In this document: piece after piece, positions 39,932 through 50,441 of the stretch
How the letters are laid out: every line of letters begins with the position of its first letter
Position numbering within the stretch: position 1 is the first letter of the stretch
Assembly (NCBI GenBank): GCA_965207885.1
Contig: OZ242311.1
Coordinates: 256,001 to 320,000, forward strand
DNA: 64,000 nucleotides
Direction of reading: 5' to 3'
Source: Candidatus Latescibacterota bacterium
GTDB lineage: Bacteria > Latescibacterota > UBA2968
The notes under the pieces: generated by a model
Databases searched by the model: none
What the model was told of the DNA's origin: nothing
What the model saw: the letters and a program-made list of their open reading frames with translations, nothing else
Made by a program: the position numbers and the translations under genes

Positions 39932-41758
39932 ATGAAAACAAACAACGCGAAAGATCGGATCTCCCGCTATTTTCCCTATATTGTGGGCGGGACTGCGGTC
40001 GTGATCCGTTTTTTTTATCTCTGGTCATTCTGGGCCACTCATCCGTTCTCGCAGAAACTCATCTCAGACGCGCGGATATTCGACGACTGGGCACAGCGCA
40101 TCGCCTCGGGAGACTGGCTCGGCACGACTGAAGTCTTCATATTACCCCCCCTGTATCCATATCTCATGGCGGTTGTATATGCCGTCTTTGGACACGCGCC
40201 CAAACTGATCATAGGCCTACAGGCTATCGCCGGAAGTGCCAGTGCCATACTGGTCTATCGCCTGGGCGCGCGGCACTTTGGCGCATACGCGGGATTATTT
40301 GCGGGATTATTATTTGCGAGCTATGGACCGCAACTATTTTACGAAGGCATGCTACTGGGCACATCGGGCGCCGTATTCCTCAGCCTGATAGGATTGACGC
40401 TAATCTCGGGCAATAATAAAACCCACTGGCACCTGGGACTGGCCGGATTGGTCTTTGGACTGGCAACACTCATGCGTCCCAATATCTTATCGGCAATCCC
40501 ATTCTTGCTATTCGGTGTGTGGTGGACCTATCACAAAGCAAAACCGGCAAAACGTTCAATACGACTGGGCGGTTACTTCTTAGGGGGACTCATCCTCCCA
40601 CTCCTCCTGTGCGGACTGCGCAATGGTCTGGTCGCAGACGACTGGGTACTGATGACCGCGCACGGCGGCATCAACTTTTACATGGGCAACCACCCGGATG
40701 CGCCGGGCTGGTTCTCCGCACCTCCTGGTGTGGATGCACAGATCACCCCGGATGGGGCACAGGGCAATTTGGAAGGCCCGCGCCGCGTGGCCGAAAATGC
40801 TCTGGGGCGATCTCTGAAAGCATCTGAAGTCTCTTCCTTCTGGTTTAATAAGGGCCTCGCATTCTGGATAGACGATCCCGTGGGTGCGATAGCCGTGACC
40901 TTGCGAAAAGTTCGCCTATTTGCATCGGGATACGAAGTCCCGCTCAATTACAACTTTTATTACCAGAGAAAATTCTCCGCCCTCCTGCGCTTTCCAATCG
41001 CAGAACTGTGGATATTATTTCCCCTATCCATCGTGGGACTCATCGTCGCAGCCCGGCAATGTGACCGCCATGCCATCCTGTATCTGTGGCTCATTGGATA
41101 TGCGGCAGGCGTATTGGCATTTCACGTATCGTCGCGCTATCGCATGCCCGCAATCCCCATCCTCATGATATTTGCAGGCCTGGGAATATGGACATTGATA
41201 TCCCGTGTACAATCGCAAAAGTGGAAAAACCTCTGCATCAGTGCAGCGGCACTGATCATCCTGTGGACCGGCTACCGCATAGAACTAAACGCACAACTCG
41301 CCCAAAACAACTGGGCCATGGATCCCTTCAATCTGGGCACGGCTTATTTGTGGGCAAACGAAAATGAACCGGCGCGATTATATCTGGAAGAAGCGGAAAA
41401 ATACGGACAGGGCGATGCCGTCTTGTATTACAACCTGGGATTGGCCTACGCACGCACCGAAAAAATGGAAGCCGCCAAAAACGCGTATCAACAGGCACTA
41501 TCTCAGGATCCCGACATGGTGCGCGCGTACGTCAACCTGGGAAACATCTTATTTTTCAAAGAAAAATTTCACGAAGCGATAAACAACTATCGAGAAGCAC
41601 TGAAACGCGACCCCAACACCCACAATGCGCGTGCGAACATGGGCTGGGCATACTGGTCTCTGGGAAAAATAGACGAAGCGCGCAACGCCTGGCGGCAAGT
41701 CTTGCAAACAGCACCCGATCACCCCTCGGCAAAAGCGGGGATGGCGCGCACGCGTTAA
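39932..41758 (+). CDS. GT-C (PMT/GT39-like) glycosyltransferase with C-terminal TPRs
   Basis: SDARIFDDWA, PPLYPY, RPN, GGINFYMGN and SRYRMP, followed by TPR repeats. Confidence 0.82.
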   Translation: MKTNNAKDRISRYFPYIVGGTAVVIRFFYLWSFWATHPFSQKLISDARIFDDWAQRIASGDWLGTTEVFILPPLYPYLMAVVYAVFGHAPKLIIGLQAIAGSASAILVYRLGARHFGAYAGLFAGLLFASYGPQLFYEGMLLGTSGAVFLSLIGLTLISGNNKTHWHLGLAGLVFGLATLMRPNILSAIPFLLFGVWWTYHKAKPAKRSIRLGGYFLGGLILPLLLCGLRNGLVADDWVLMTAHGGINFYMGNHPDAPGWFSAPPGVDAQITPDGAQGNLEGPRRVAENALGRSLKASEVSSFWFNKGLAFWIDDPVGAIAVTLRKVRLFASGYEVPLNYNFYYQRKFSALLRFPIAELWILFPLSIVGLIVAARQCDRHAILYLWLIGYAAGVLAFHVSSRYRMPAIPILMIFAGLGIWTLISRVQSQKWKNLCISAAALIILWTGYRIELNAQLAQNNWAMDPFNLGTAYLWANENEPARLYLEEAEKYGQGDAVLYYNLGLAYARTEKMEAAKNAYQQALSQDPDMVRAYVNLGNILFFKEKFHEAINNYREALKRDPNTHNARANMGWAYWSLGKIDEARNAWRQVLQTAPDHPSAKAGMARTR

Positions 41759-41824
41759 ATTAAATAGACACCTGATATTACCATCCTTATATTGCCCACC
41801 GTTTTTCATCCATCTGGAGCACGA

Positions 41825-43777
41825 ATGGCAATTCGCGAACAACAAACACAGACAGCACCACTTCAACGAGCCGTAACCGCACGGTCCATTGTGATAGGTG
41901 CCATGTGCGCGGGCTTCCTGGGGTGGGGTGGGCATTTTACGCGACACATTGCACACACGACAAAAATGGCGCAGGACCATTTGCCGTGGGGCGCAGTAGT
42001 GCCGTTTTTGTTGATCGCAGTAATATTGAATAAAATCCTGGAAAAGGTGCGCCCGCAATGGGTCTTGCGCCCTTCGGAATTGCTGGTCATCTTCAGCATG
42101 GGCCTGGTCGCATCGGCATTGCCCAGCTATTTCATGGGACATTTAATCGCCAACGTATCAGCGCCATTTTACTTTGCCAACACGGAAAACCGATGGGCAG
42201 ACGACATACATCCGTACTTAGCTGAATGGGCGGTCGTAACCGACAGGACAGCTGCGCGGTGGTTTTTTGAAGGACTGCCAGCCGGCGCAACAATCCCCTG
42301 GGAAATCTGGATAACGCCGATGATCTGGCGATTGAGTCTGGTATTTATGATCGGCGTATTTGGATTTTGCGCGGTCTCAATCCTGCGCAAGCAATGGGTA
42401 GAACACGAACGCCTCACCTTTCCATTGATGACATTGCCACTGGAACTCGTCAACAGAGAACCGCGTGGATTCTGGCCCGTAGGCATAATGAATCGCCCCG
42501 TGTTCTGGTGGGGATTCGCGCTCGCCTCATTTCCCATATACTGGAACATGGTTGGCTATTTCCAGCCGCTTTTTCCAACCATTCCCTACTATCTGGGATT
42601 GATGGAATTTGGTCAGTATTCCCCACCGATTCACATGCGGTTTTATCCAGTAATCATCGGCGTATCGTATTTTATGGACCTGGATGTATTGTTTAGCATT
42701 ATTGCCTTTCACCTGTTATTGACCCTTGAAATGGGATTGTTCAACCGCCTGGGTATCGAGATAGGACCGACCCATGTGTGGCCGGCATCACAATTTGAAA
42801 ACTGGCAGGGATTTGGTGCACTATGCGTGCTGGTGCCGTGGAGTTTGTGGATGGCGCGAGAACATTTGAGCAACGTATTTCGCAAAGCCGTACTCAATGC
42901 ACGGGAGGTTGAAGACTCCGGAGAATTATTGTCCTACCGCGCAGCACTTGGCGGACTGCTGGCGAGCGGACTATTTATTTTGAGCTGGTGCGTAGCCTCC
43001 GGCATGTCGATCTTTGTCGCCCTGACTTTTTTGAGCCTTGTCGGCATTATCTGGTTGGGCATCACGCGCGTCTGCGTGGAAGGCGGCATGATCAGCAGCC
43101 GCATGATACAGGGACAATTTGTCGCATATCACCTGCTCGGTCCCGTGAATATTTCCCCATCGGGAATGGCGGCATTTGCCCTCACAGAAACATGGCACCA
43201 CGATATCAAAACCATATTGATGGCCAACCTGGCCAATGCCACGCGGCTTTACGACAGCATCCGACACGAGAGAACGCGCCTGGTCATCGCCCTGGGACTG
43301 GCCATGCTCATAGTGATAACCACGAGTGCGTATTATCAAATATCATCGAGCTATGTAACCGGCGCATTTAATTACGGCGGCATTTACGGTCCCTATGTGC
43401 AGAACACTTTTGATACCATAGCCGGTCATATTCGGGACCCCTTTGCCCTGAAGCGCGAGCGCGTGCTCATCGCGCTCATTGGAATGGCAACCACGGCATT
43501 GATGCTATCCTTGCGCTATATATGGCCCTGGTGGCCCTTGCATCCGATCGGATTTGCCGCCGTAACAGCGTATCCCGTCAACCGCATTGTATTCTCGATC
43601 TTCTTTGCATGGTTTTCCAAATTTGTCATATTGCGGGCGGGCGGCATTGATCTATACCGCAAAGCATCGCCGTTTTTCCTGGGACTTATGGTGGGGTATT
43701 TCACGGGCGTATTTGTGTCATTTCTGGTAGATTGTATATGGTTCCCAGAGCAAGGACATTCGCTGGCATTGTATTAG
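41825..43777 (+). CDS. Large polytopic membrane protein, paralog of 37977..39923
   Basis: Shares QDHL/QNHL, ELLVIFSMGL, LRKQWVEHERL, ELLSYR and WWPLHP. Confidence 0.8.
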   Translation: MAIREQQTQTAPLQRAVTARSIVIGAMCAGFLGWGGHFTRHIAHTTKMAQDHLPWGAVVPFLLIAVILNKILEKVRPQWVLRPSELLVIFSMGLVASALPSYFMGHLIANVSAPFYFANTENRWADDIHPYLAEWAVVTDRTAARWFFEGLPAGATIPWEIWITPMIWRLSLVFMIGVFGFCAVSILRKQWVEHERLTFPLMTLPLELVNREPRGFWPVGIMNRPVFWWGFALASFPIYWNMVGYFQPLFPTIPYYLGLMEFGQYSPPIHMRFYPVIIGVSYFMDLDVLFSIIAFHLLLTLEMGLFNRLGIEIGPTHVWPASQFENWQGFGALCVLVPWSLWMAREHLSNVFRKAVLNAREVEDSGELLSYRAALGGLLASGLFILSWCVASGMSIFVALTFLSLVGIIWLGITRVCVEGGMISSRMIQGQFVAYHLLGPVNISPSGMAAFALTETWHHDIKTILMANLANATRLYDSIRHERTRLVIALGLAMLIVITTSAYYQISSSYVTGAFNYGGIYGPYVQNTFDTIAGHIRDPFALKRERVLIALIGMATTALMLSLRYIWPWWPLHPIGFAAVTAYPVNRIVFSIFFAWFSKFVILRAGGIDLYRKASPFFLGLMVGYFTGVFVSFLVDCIWFPEQGHSLALY

Positions 43778-43787
43778 AGGCTACGCC

Positions 43788-46376
43788 ATGTATAACGGCA
43801 AAAGAAAAGTTCGCTCCATCTGTAAACGCATCTTTATCGCGTGTGCATTTGCCATGATATGTGTGCCTGTCTGGGCAGATCGCCTGCAGGAAAGCTTCGA
43901 TGCACGGGCAGATTCGCTCGCTGCGGTTATAGTCGCAGAACGCGCCGGACCAGACAGCGCAGCCGTATATCGGGCATTGCAGCGAGAGGAGAAAGCGCAA
44001 TTTTTAATCGGCTTCTGGCAACGACACAATCCCGTAGTACTGGATTTTTATTACGGGTATCAAAGCGGGCGTCGCTACCTGACGGTATCAGACGCTTTTT
44101 TTGAACGCGGTCGATTGATACCCCAGCGCTATAAAACGCGCGCCACACCACCAGATACCGCCCTGCTCGACGACGCTGTTGCACTATTTGAACGGATGCT
44201 ACAGGACGATGCCAACGACCGCCTCGCCTTGTGCGCGCTGGGATATTGTTTGTTAGAGCAACACAAAGGCGTAGAAGCAGAACGCATTTTTGTGCGCGTA
44301 CTGGAAAAAGACCGGCGGTTTCTCATCGCGCGACACGGGCGGGCATTGGCGTGCTTGATCCAGAAAAAACAGGTGCGTCGTGCACTGGACCTTTTCCAGG
44401 ACACTGTATCTCTCGATTCGAAATACGAGGCGGCGTATTACAATTTGGCGATGTGTCACCTGGCGATGCGCAGCGTGGATATGGACCATCATTTTAGCAA
44501 CGTGGTCAAGCGGTTTCCCCAACACCGCGATGCGTATTTCAAGCTGGGAGTATTTTACGAATCGCTCTATTATTTCGAAAAAGCCGTCAAAGCATTGTCA
44601 AAGCAGGTCGCAGTAAATCCAGCGCACAGCGTGGCAAGGGGCAGACTGGCGCGCGTGGCTATGGAATTGAAGTATTTAAAACAAGAACTGCACACAACCA
44701 CAGAACTGCGCGACCTCGCCCAAAAAGACCCCGAGCGTTATCTGCCGCTTTTGGGCGCACAATATCTGGAATCGGGCGCGTACGAACAGGCAGAAGCGTC
44801 ATTTTCGCAATTTTTATCCATCATACCGCAAAATGAACGCCTCCTGTACGAAGATGTCACCTTGCTCCTGTCCGCAACAGAATTTGAGACCTTTCGCATG
44901 ATCAGGGGAGATGAAAAACGCGCATTTACCAATTTGTTCTGGCGCAAGATAGACCCAACGCCGACCACACCGGTTAACGAGCGAAGATTGGAACACTACC
45001 GGCGCGTGAATTACGCGATTCAGAACTTTTCCGAAGGTCGAATACCCTGGGATGCGCGCGGCGATGTGTATATCCGTTTTGGTCATCCAGATCATCGGAG
45101 CTGGTCCGATCACCTCGTATTCGAAACCAATGCAAAAGTAATTCGGGTAAAAAACCGGCTCATGGACCTCGCGGGACGAGCACTGCACGAAATCGCTCCG
45201 ACGACATCGCTGCAGATAGAATCGTCGTTGGGCGCAAGCACAGTAATGAAGGTGACACCCGAAGTTCGAGGACTGCCGATATTTCCCCTGCCTCACCAGG
45301 GCGCATTGTTTCGAGATGGCGCATCTTTAAACTACAAGTGGGAGTCCTGGATTTACGCCCATATTGGCGAAGGAATCGAAGTGACATTTCTCGACGCCCT
45401 GGGCAATTTTGATTTTCAATTTCCCCAGCCGCCTGTTGACTCGCCCAATCGATTGCTGTGGCTACACCTCGCACCCGAAGCTGTGGTCGCACGGGTCGTC
45501 AACCGCACGCCCTCTGTTTACCGCTATCCATATCCCGGAGACCCAATGCCGCTGCTTATGTCCGTAGCGGATTTCAAAGGCAATGAACGCGATACGCGCC
45601 TGGATGCCTTTATCGGCACACCCTGGACCGCATTGAAAACGCAAAAACGGGGCACACAGATAGAGGCTTCTGTGAAGCGAATGTGGGTCCTCTATGACGC
45701 ACAGGGAATAGAAATTGCCCGCGATAGCCTGAATACGCGGGCAACACAGCGCGAAGCCGTTGACGATCCCGGCGTTTTATGGGTAGATCAGGTCACAACA
45801 GAAGTTAAACCCGGCCACTATCTCATGGCTGTGCGAGTGACCGATCCGGCTTCGGGGAAATTGCAAATTCACCGGCAACTCGTCGATGTAGAAGCATACA
45901 ATGCTCCGACCCTGATGGTAAGCGACATTGTCGTAGCGGGAAAAATTGCAACATTGGAAGCCCGTGCAGAGGGCAAATTCATCCGAGACGACCTCGAAGT
46001 ATTCCCCCTGCCGTCACACACTTTTGCCCCAGACCAGCCCGTCTATCTGTACTACGAAGTGTATAACCTCTTCCGAGACGACACGGGACAAACGCATTAT
46101 CGCGTGGATTATGCTGTGCGCGGCAGCAAAAATGCCGGTGCCCGACTGCTAAAAGGCATCGGCACATTGCTGGGCATATCTGAAAAGCAAGAAGGCGTTC
46201 AGGTATCTTATGAACACCGGGGCAATACGGAAACAGAACCCGTATATGTTGCCCTCAACGTAGCGGCAAAACCCGGACAAAAACTCACGATAGGTGTAAC
46301 CGTAACCGACCTGAACCGACCCGGCAGACCAACAGCGACAAAAGATGTTTGGGTAGAGATAGGAAGTAAAAAGTGA
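43788..46376 (+). CDS. Secreted TPR and GWxTD-domain protein
   Basis: Signal peptide, TPRs and FWRKIDPTPTTPVNE...HYRRV.YA...WDARGDVYIRFGHPD. Confidence 0.82.
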   Translation: MYNGKRKVRSICKRIFIACAFAMICVPVWADRLQESFDARADSLAAVIVAERAGPDSAAVYRALQREEKAQFLIGFWQRHNPVVLDFYYGYQSGRRYLTVSDAFFERGRLIPQRYKTRATPPDTALLDDAVALFERMLQDDANDRLALCALGYCLLEQHKGVEAERIFVRVLEKDRRFLIARHGRALACLIQKKQVRRALDLFQDTVSLDSKYEAAYYNLAMCHLAMRSVDMDHHFSNVVKRFPQHRDAYFKLGVFYESLYYFEKAVKALSKQVAVNPAHSVARGRLARVAMELKYLKQELHTTTELRDLAQKDPERYLPLLGAQYLESGAYEQAEASFSQFLSIIPQNERLLYEDVTLLLSATEFETFRMIRGDEKRAFTNLFWRKIDPTPTTPVNERRLEHYRRVNYAIQNFSEGRIPWDARGDVYIRFGHPDHRSWSDHLVFETNAKVIRVKNRLMDLAGRALHEIAPTTSLQIESSLGASTVMKVTPEVRGLPIFPLPHQGALFRDGASLNYKWESWIYAHIGEGIEVTFLDALGNFDFQFPQPPVDSPNRLLWLHLAPEAVVARVVNRTPSVYRYPYPGDPMPLLMSVADFKGNERDTRLDAFIGTPWTALKTQKRGTQIEASVKRMWVLYDAQGIEIARDSLNTRATQREAVDDPGVLWVDQVTTEVKPGHYLMAVRVTDPASGKLQIHRQLVDVEAYNAPTLMVSDIVVAGKIATLEARAEGKFIRDDLEVFPLPSHTFAPDQPVYLYYEVYNLFRDDTGQTHYRVDYAVRGSKNAGARLLKGIGTLLGISEKQEGVQVSYEHRGNTETEPVYVALNVAAKPGQKLTIGVTVTDLNRPGRPTATKDVWVEIGSKK

Positions 46377-46419
46377 GAAGTCCACCCCACACCGCCTCAG
46401 AGCGGGAGCCTCATCCGCC

Positions 46420-46460
46420 TTCACACTTCACATTCTCACTTCACACTTCCCACTTCCAGA
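46420..46460. repeat. Heptamer tandem repeat (TTCACAC-type)
   Basis: ttcacac ttcacat tctcac ttcacac ttcccac, overlapping a gene end. Confidence 0.5.
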
Positions 46461-47671
46461 CAAACCATCTCATTGTGATTTCGAAGATAAAGCCTGCCAT
46501 TAGATAGTGTGGGTGGCGTCCAGCACCGCGCAGACAAAACCTGAGCACTGGCTCTTTCTATGTACGCTTCTGGCTTGGCCTCTACGAGCGCCAGCTTGCC
46601 CTGTTCGCCCAGGACGATCAGATGGCCATCCGCAAAGATGAGTGATCCCTTTTGAAAGCCGCGTTTGCGCCATTGCTCCTGCCCGGTATCTGCGGCAATA
46701 CACTTGAGAATGGCGTTGTCAAAGCCATAGAGGTACCCCTCGTGATGTATGGAAGAGGCAAAGTGGTTTTTCATACTGCGATTGAACCATACTCTTTTTA
46801 CCGAAAACTGACCGTTCTGGGAAATAAGCTGGATAACCGTCGCGCCTTTGCCATAACCCGAAGAGATAAAAAGTCTATCTGGGGGGAGAAAAATAGGCGT
46901 CGCAGCATTGACATCGGGACCCGTTTGCCAGGAATGCCGCCACAGGAATCGACCATCTCTGGCAGCGACACCGACCAGACCAGAGACCGGAAAAAAGACG
47001 ATTTGCCGGACGTCAGACACAGTAATCGCAATAGGCGAAGCATAAGAAGGAGCGTCATCTTGAGAAGCCCAGGCAACCTCGCCAGTGGTTTTATCAAAAG
47101 CAATAAAAGCGTTTCCAGAAGAACCTCCAACCTCGACAATCAGCAAATTGCCTTCTATCAAAGGAGAAGTAGAAAAGCCCCAATGGGGGGGATCACTTAT
47201 AAATTCAGTTTGAAAATGGTGAGACCATACAGTTTCTCCGCTTTTAATATCGAGGGCATAAAGCTGTCCGTATGCACCTAAAAAGAACGCCCGTTCTTTG
47301 TCAATAATGGGCGTAGCTCTGGGACCATTCCCCCCTTGCCAGTCTGGAAAATTGCGTCCCGTCTTAACTCGCCAGCGCTCTTCCCCTGTAGCGGCATCCA
47401 TACATACCGCATACTCATCTTTGCCCTCTGCAAACATAGTATAGGCTGCGCCCCCTGCAACGGCAATGCTCGAGAACCCCTCGCCCAGTGGTGTTCGCCA
47501 GAGAACAACAGGCCCGGAATCAGGCCAATCTTTGAGAACGCCTTTCTCAGAGGAAACACCATCGCGATTGGGACCAAACCACTGCGGCCAGTCCGCAGCA
47601 AGACCACTATCCGTCAGGACAACAGAGCCTGAAAACATAATCATCGAAAAGGTGATTATGAGGATACGCAT
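46436..47671 (-). CDS. PQQ-like beta-propeller repeat protein (BamB-like), secreted
   Basis: Signal peptide, DWPQWFGPNRDG and repeated D..TG...W blades. Confidence 0.88.
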   Translation of the reverse strand: MRILIITFSMIMFSGSVVLTDSGLAADWPQWFGPNRDGVSSEKGVLKDWPDSGPVVLWRTPLGEGFSSIAVAGGAAYTMFAEGKDEYAVCMDAATGEERWRVKTGRNFPDWQGGNGPRATPIIDKERAFFLGAYGQLYALDIKSGETVWSHHFQTEFISDPPHWGFSTSPLIEGNLLIVEVGGSSGNAFIAFDKTTGEVAWASQDDAPSYASPIAITVSDVRQIVFFPVSGLVGVAARDGRFLWRHSWQTGPDVNAATPIFLPPDRLFISSGYGKGATVIQLISQNGQFSVKRVWFNRSMKNHFASSIHHEGYLYGFDNAILKCIAADTGQEQWRKRGFQKGSLIFADGHLIVLGEQGKLALVEAKPEAYIERASAQVLSARCWTPPTLSNGRLYLRNHNEMVCLEVGSVK

Positions 47672-47954
47672 GGAAACTCCTCCGTGTAAGAATCTATTTA
47701 CAGGCATAGCAAAGCGATAACGGGCCTACCGTTAATCCTTTCTTACCACTAACACTCTGTAAAACAACATCTTTCCAAACATTCTGTCAAGGGCTATTCC
47801 GTGTTTTGTTTTCTATTTTTGTCAAACGTTAAGATAAAAATGTTCTTGCACGACTTCCTATAACTGCATAACATGGCACGCTCGTCCTCGACGCATTTGT
47901 GTCGTGTGGTGCTGCGTGCCATTCTTTAGTACTAATGCTATTGGAAACCCTGCT

Positions 47955-48524
47955 ATGAACAATGTATGGGAAATACCCGAGCCACTTTCGACATGCGAAG
48001 TCCAGCTCGACGACAATACCGTCACCATTCTGCGCCGACATGGAAATCCCACAGGACCCCGCCTCGTTCTGGGCCATGGCAATGGTCTCGCAATGGACCT
48101 TTATTACCCCTTCTGGTCACTGCTCGCCGAGGATTTCGACCTCATCATCTTCGACCTCAGAAACCACGGCTGGAATACCGTTGGCCCACGCGCAAATCAC
48201 AATGTTCCAACGCTGGTCCGCGACCATCTCTGCATTTTTGAAGCCATTGACCGTCACTACGGAAACAAACCAAAAATCGGTATATTTCACTCTGCTTCCG
48301 CACTGATAACACTCCTATCACTAACGACTATGGCAGACCTCGGGCCATCTGCCCAAAGCAGCCACTTATCCGCGATGATACTATTCGATCCCCCCCTGTG
48401 CAAGCCCGGCAATAGCCAGATAGAATTTGATGAAGCCGCCGAATACGCAGCCGACGTTACCCGCCGACGCGGGTATCTGTTCCAAACAGAAGAGGATTTT
48501 GCAGAACTCCTCAGCTTTCTCCCC
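47955..48524 (+). pseudogene. Alpha/beta hydrolase truncated by the IS1-family element
   Basis: HGNG, FDLRNHG, FHS and LFDPP motifs. The frame runs into the TIR and lacks the C-terminal region. Confidence 0.8.
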
Positions 48525-48658
48525 GGTAGTGTCTCAGTTTGAAAATTTGCGGTTTTCTGTTGACAGGGGTACGGTGCGTACTTTATTATTCAACTTAACC
48601 CGCAGATTTCGTTCGTTCACAAGAGAAATACATTCAGGATTCAGGAGGGCAACCGACT

Positions 48659-48874
48659 ATGCCAAAGGGACCAAACGGAGAAAAGCGCCCTGGCGATGTC
48701 GTATCTTGTGCTGTAACAGTAGCACGTATTGCAACCGGTGAAATAGAAGATACGAAATACAAACAGCCAGGCAAACGAAAAGGAGGGGTCGCAGGTGGGC
48801 GTGCCCGTGCAAAAGCACTCTCGCCAAAGCGACGCAAAGAAATAGCGAAAAAAGCTGCCGCCGCAAGGTGGTAG
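48659..48874 (+). CDS. Small basic protein of the kind that often accompanies IS1-family transposases
   Basis: MPKGPNGEKRP.DV...GG.ARAKALSPKRRKEIAKKAAAARW; AGGAGG RBS. Confidence 0.8.
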   Translation: MPKGPNGEKRPGDVVSCAVTVARIATGEIEDTKYKQPGKRKGGVAGGRARAKALSPKRRKEIAKKAAAARW

Positions 48875-48891
48875 CTATCAGAGCAAGGAAT

Positions 48892-48922
48892 AAGCCGAGG
48901 TCTATACGATCTCGGCTTTTTT
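48892..48922 (+). terminator. Rho-independent terminator
   Basis: AAGCCGAG...CTCGGCTT followed by a T-run. Confidence 0.75.
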
Positions 48923-48979
48923 GTTTTCAAAAACCACTCTATCCTTGACAATGGCTTTTTGCAGTGGTACATTTCTTAT

Positions 48980-49150
48980 GCTTCAGATTAGTCACACTCA
49001 GTAGAGGCCCCGCTTGGTCGGGTAGCCTGCTGAATAGAATAGCCAAATTGTGGAGCGGATTAGCTACCCGTCCCCGGTGAATAGGTAGGGCCCTCCTCGC
49101 ATCTCTCTGCGTGAGTGTGACTACTACCCGGCATCCTTGCGCAATCTTTT
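48980..49150 (+). ncRNA. Candidate rod-like structured RNA inside the IS
   Basis: Promoter TTGACA-17 bp-TACATT (48945-48973), closing stem TAGTCACACTCA/TGAGTGTGACTA, and inner stem CGGGTAGC/GCTACCCG. Confidence 0.5.
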
Positions 49151-49167
49151 CCACACACATTCATACA

Positions 49168-49270
49168 CAAAAAAGAGCCGGAAGACTCTGGCGGAGCCTC
49201 CCGGCAAAGGCAGACACGCGAACCACCCGTTGAAAGTTTATCGCTGCATCCACCTGATTCGTAAATGAGT
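49168..49270 (-). ncRNA. Candidate convergent small RNA inside the IS
   Basis: Minus-strand TTGACA (49301-49306)-17 bp-TACTTT, and a minus-strand hairpin GCCGG...CCGGC followed by a U-tract. Confidence 0.4.
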
Positions 49271-49353
49271 GGATTTCAAAGTAAGTAAAAACCTGCTTTG
49301 TGTCAATTCTGTTACAGGTGGATGTGGCGACTCACCACACAGAGGAGGTTTAA

Positions 49354-49986
49354 ATGTATAGGTTCATTCTTGCTGTTTTGTCGGTACTTGTGTACTCTGC
49401 TGGCTCGCCAATGCTCGCTACTGAGCGGCCTTATTTACGGACTGATAGCGGCCAAGCCCGTCAGTTGCGCTATTCGGAGATCTATGCAACGGCCTGGTAC
49501 GGAACAGAGGGCACCATTAACCTTCATATAATAATGTCATGGACTCCTAGCAATTCCATGACCTTCGTGAAATGGTTAGTAGTCAACGATACGGCTCGGG
49601 ATCTGTATTCTGTGACCATTGGAGACAGGGAGTACGAGTGTTCTAATGGAAATGTGATAACCGTCAAGGGGAATTGGTGGACTGATCCCTTGGAGGGCAG
49701 AAGGGTAGATGACACCGTGGTCATTGGAGGCAGGGAGTACGAATTGCCGCGGGGGTGGATGCGGCGTGTTGGTGGGACCAACCCCGACATCATACTCCAC
49801 AAGAAGTCTCCGCGCGGCCAGAAGGAGTGTCCGCGCATCACAAGCATCCGCCTGAAGGGAGACCCTAAATCTCTTGTTAAATACCTCATCAACAAAGGTG
49901 ACAAAGATGTGCATGGCTGGGGAGAGGGCGGGCGAGTTGAGGTTTACCGGAAGGTATCCCGTCGCTGGAAATTGGAGATTAAATAG
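49354..49986 (+). CDS. Secreted hypothetical passenger protein
   Basis: GGAGG RBS, signal-peptide-like N-terminus and internal repeat VTIGDREYE / VVIGGREYE. Confidence 0.75.
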   Translation: MYRFILAVLSVLVYSAGSPMLATERPYLRTDSGQARQLRYSEIYATAWYGTEGTINLHIIMSWTPSNSMTFVKWLVVNDTARDLYSVTIGDREYECSNGNVITVKGNWWTDPLEGRRVDDTVVIGGREYELPRGWMRRVGGTNPDIILHKKSPRGQKECPRITSIRLKGDPKSLVKYLINKGDKDVHGWGEGGRVEVYRKVSRRWKLEIK

Positions 49987-50004
49987 GCCACATAGCTTTA
50001 GTCG

Positions 50005-50190
50005 CTATCGCGGGATCTGATAATCCTCAATGACCGTGATTTCCTCCAAGGTGACGCCTGGTGCTGGTCTGATGGTTTTTACCAATATCTGACGCTTCTT
50101 CTGCTGTTCGGCCCGATTCTGCCTTTCAGGGCAGATTCTGGTGCATAGCACATAATAGCCAAGATACGGGCATTGCTGACACTTTACCAT
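50005..50190 (-). CDS. Small Cys-containing hypothetical passenger protein
   Basis: AGGAG RBS; CQQC...CTRIC. Confidence 0.45.
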   Translation of the reverse strand: MVKCQQCPYLGYYVLCTRICPERQNRAEQQKKRQILVKTIRPAPGVTLEEITVIEDYQIPR

Positions 50191-50441
50191 GACAGAGGTC
50201 TCCTCTAACTAAAGACTTGACCTCAGTACACAAATTTAGTATAATCTAAGTGTCTGGTGCCAAGGCATTCTTTTGGGGCGTGCTCATAACACGCCCTTTT
50301 CCTTGCCCACCTCATTTTCGGCAGGCTCGTTGCGCTCTGCAACTATTCAATATTAACCGTTTTTCCCCACCCTGTCAACCATTCCCACTTAGTTTGACAT
50401 AAATGCTTGACAAACAGCACCTTAATCGCTAAATTTAAGGT

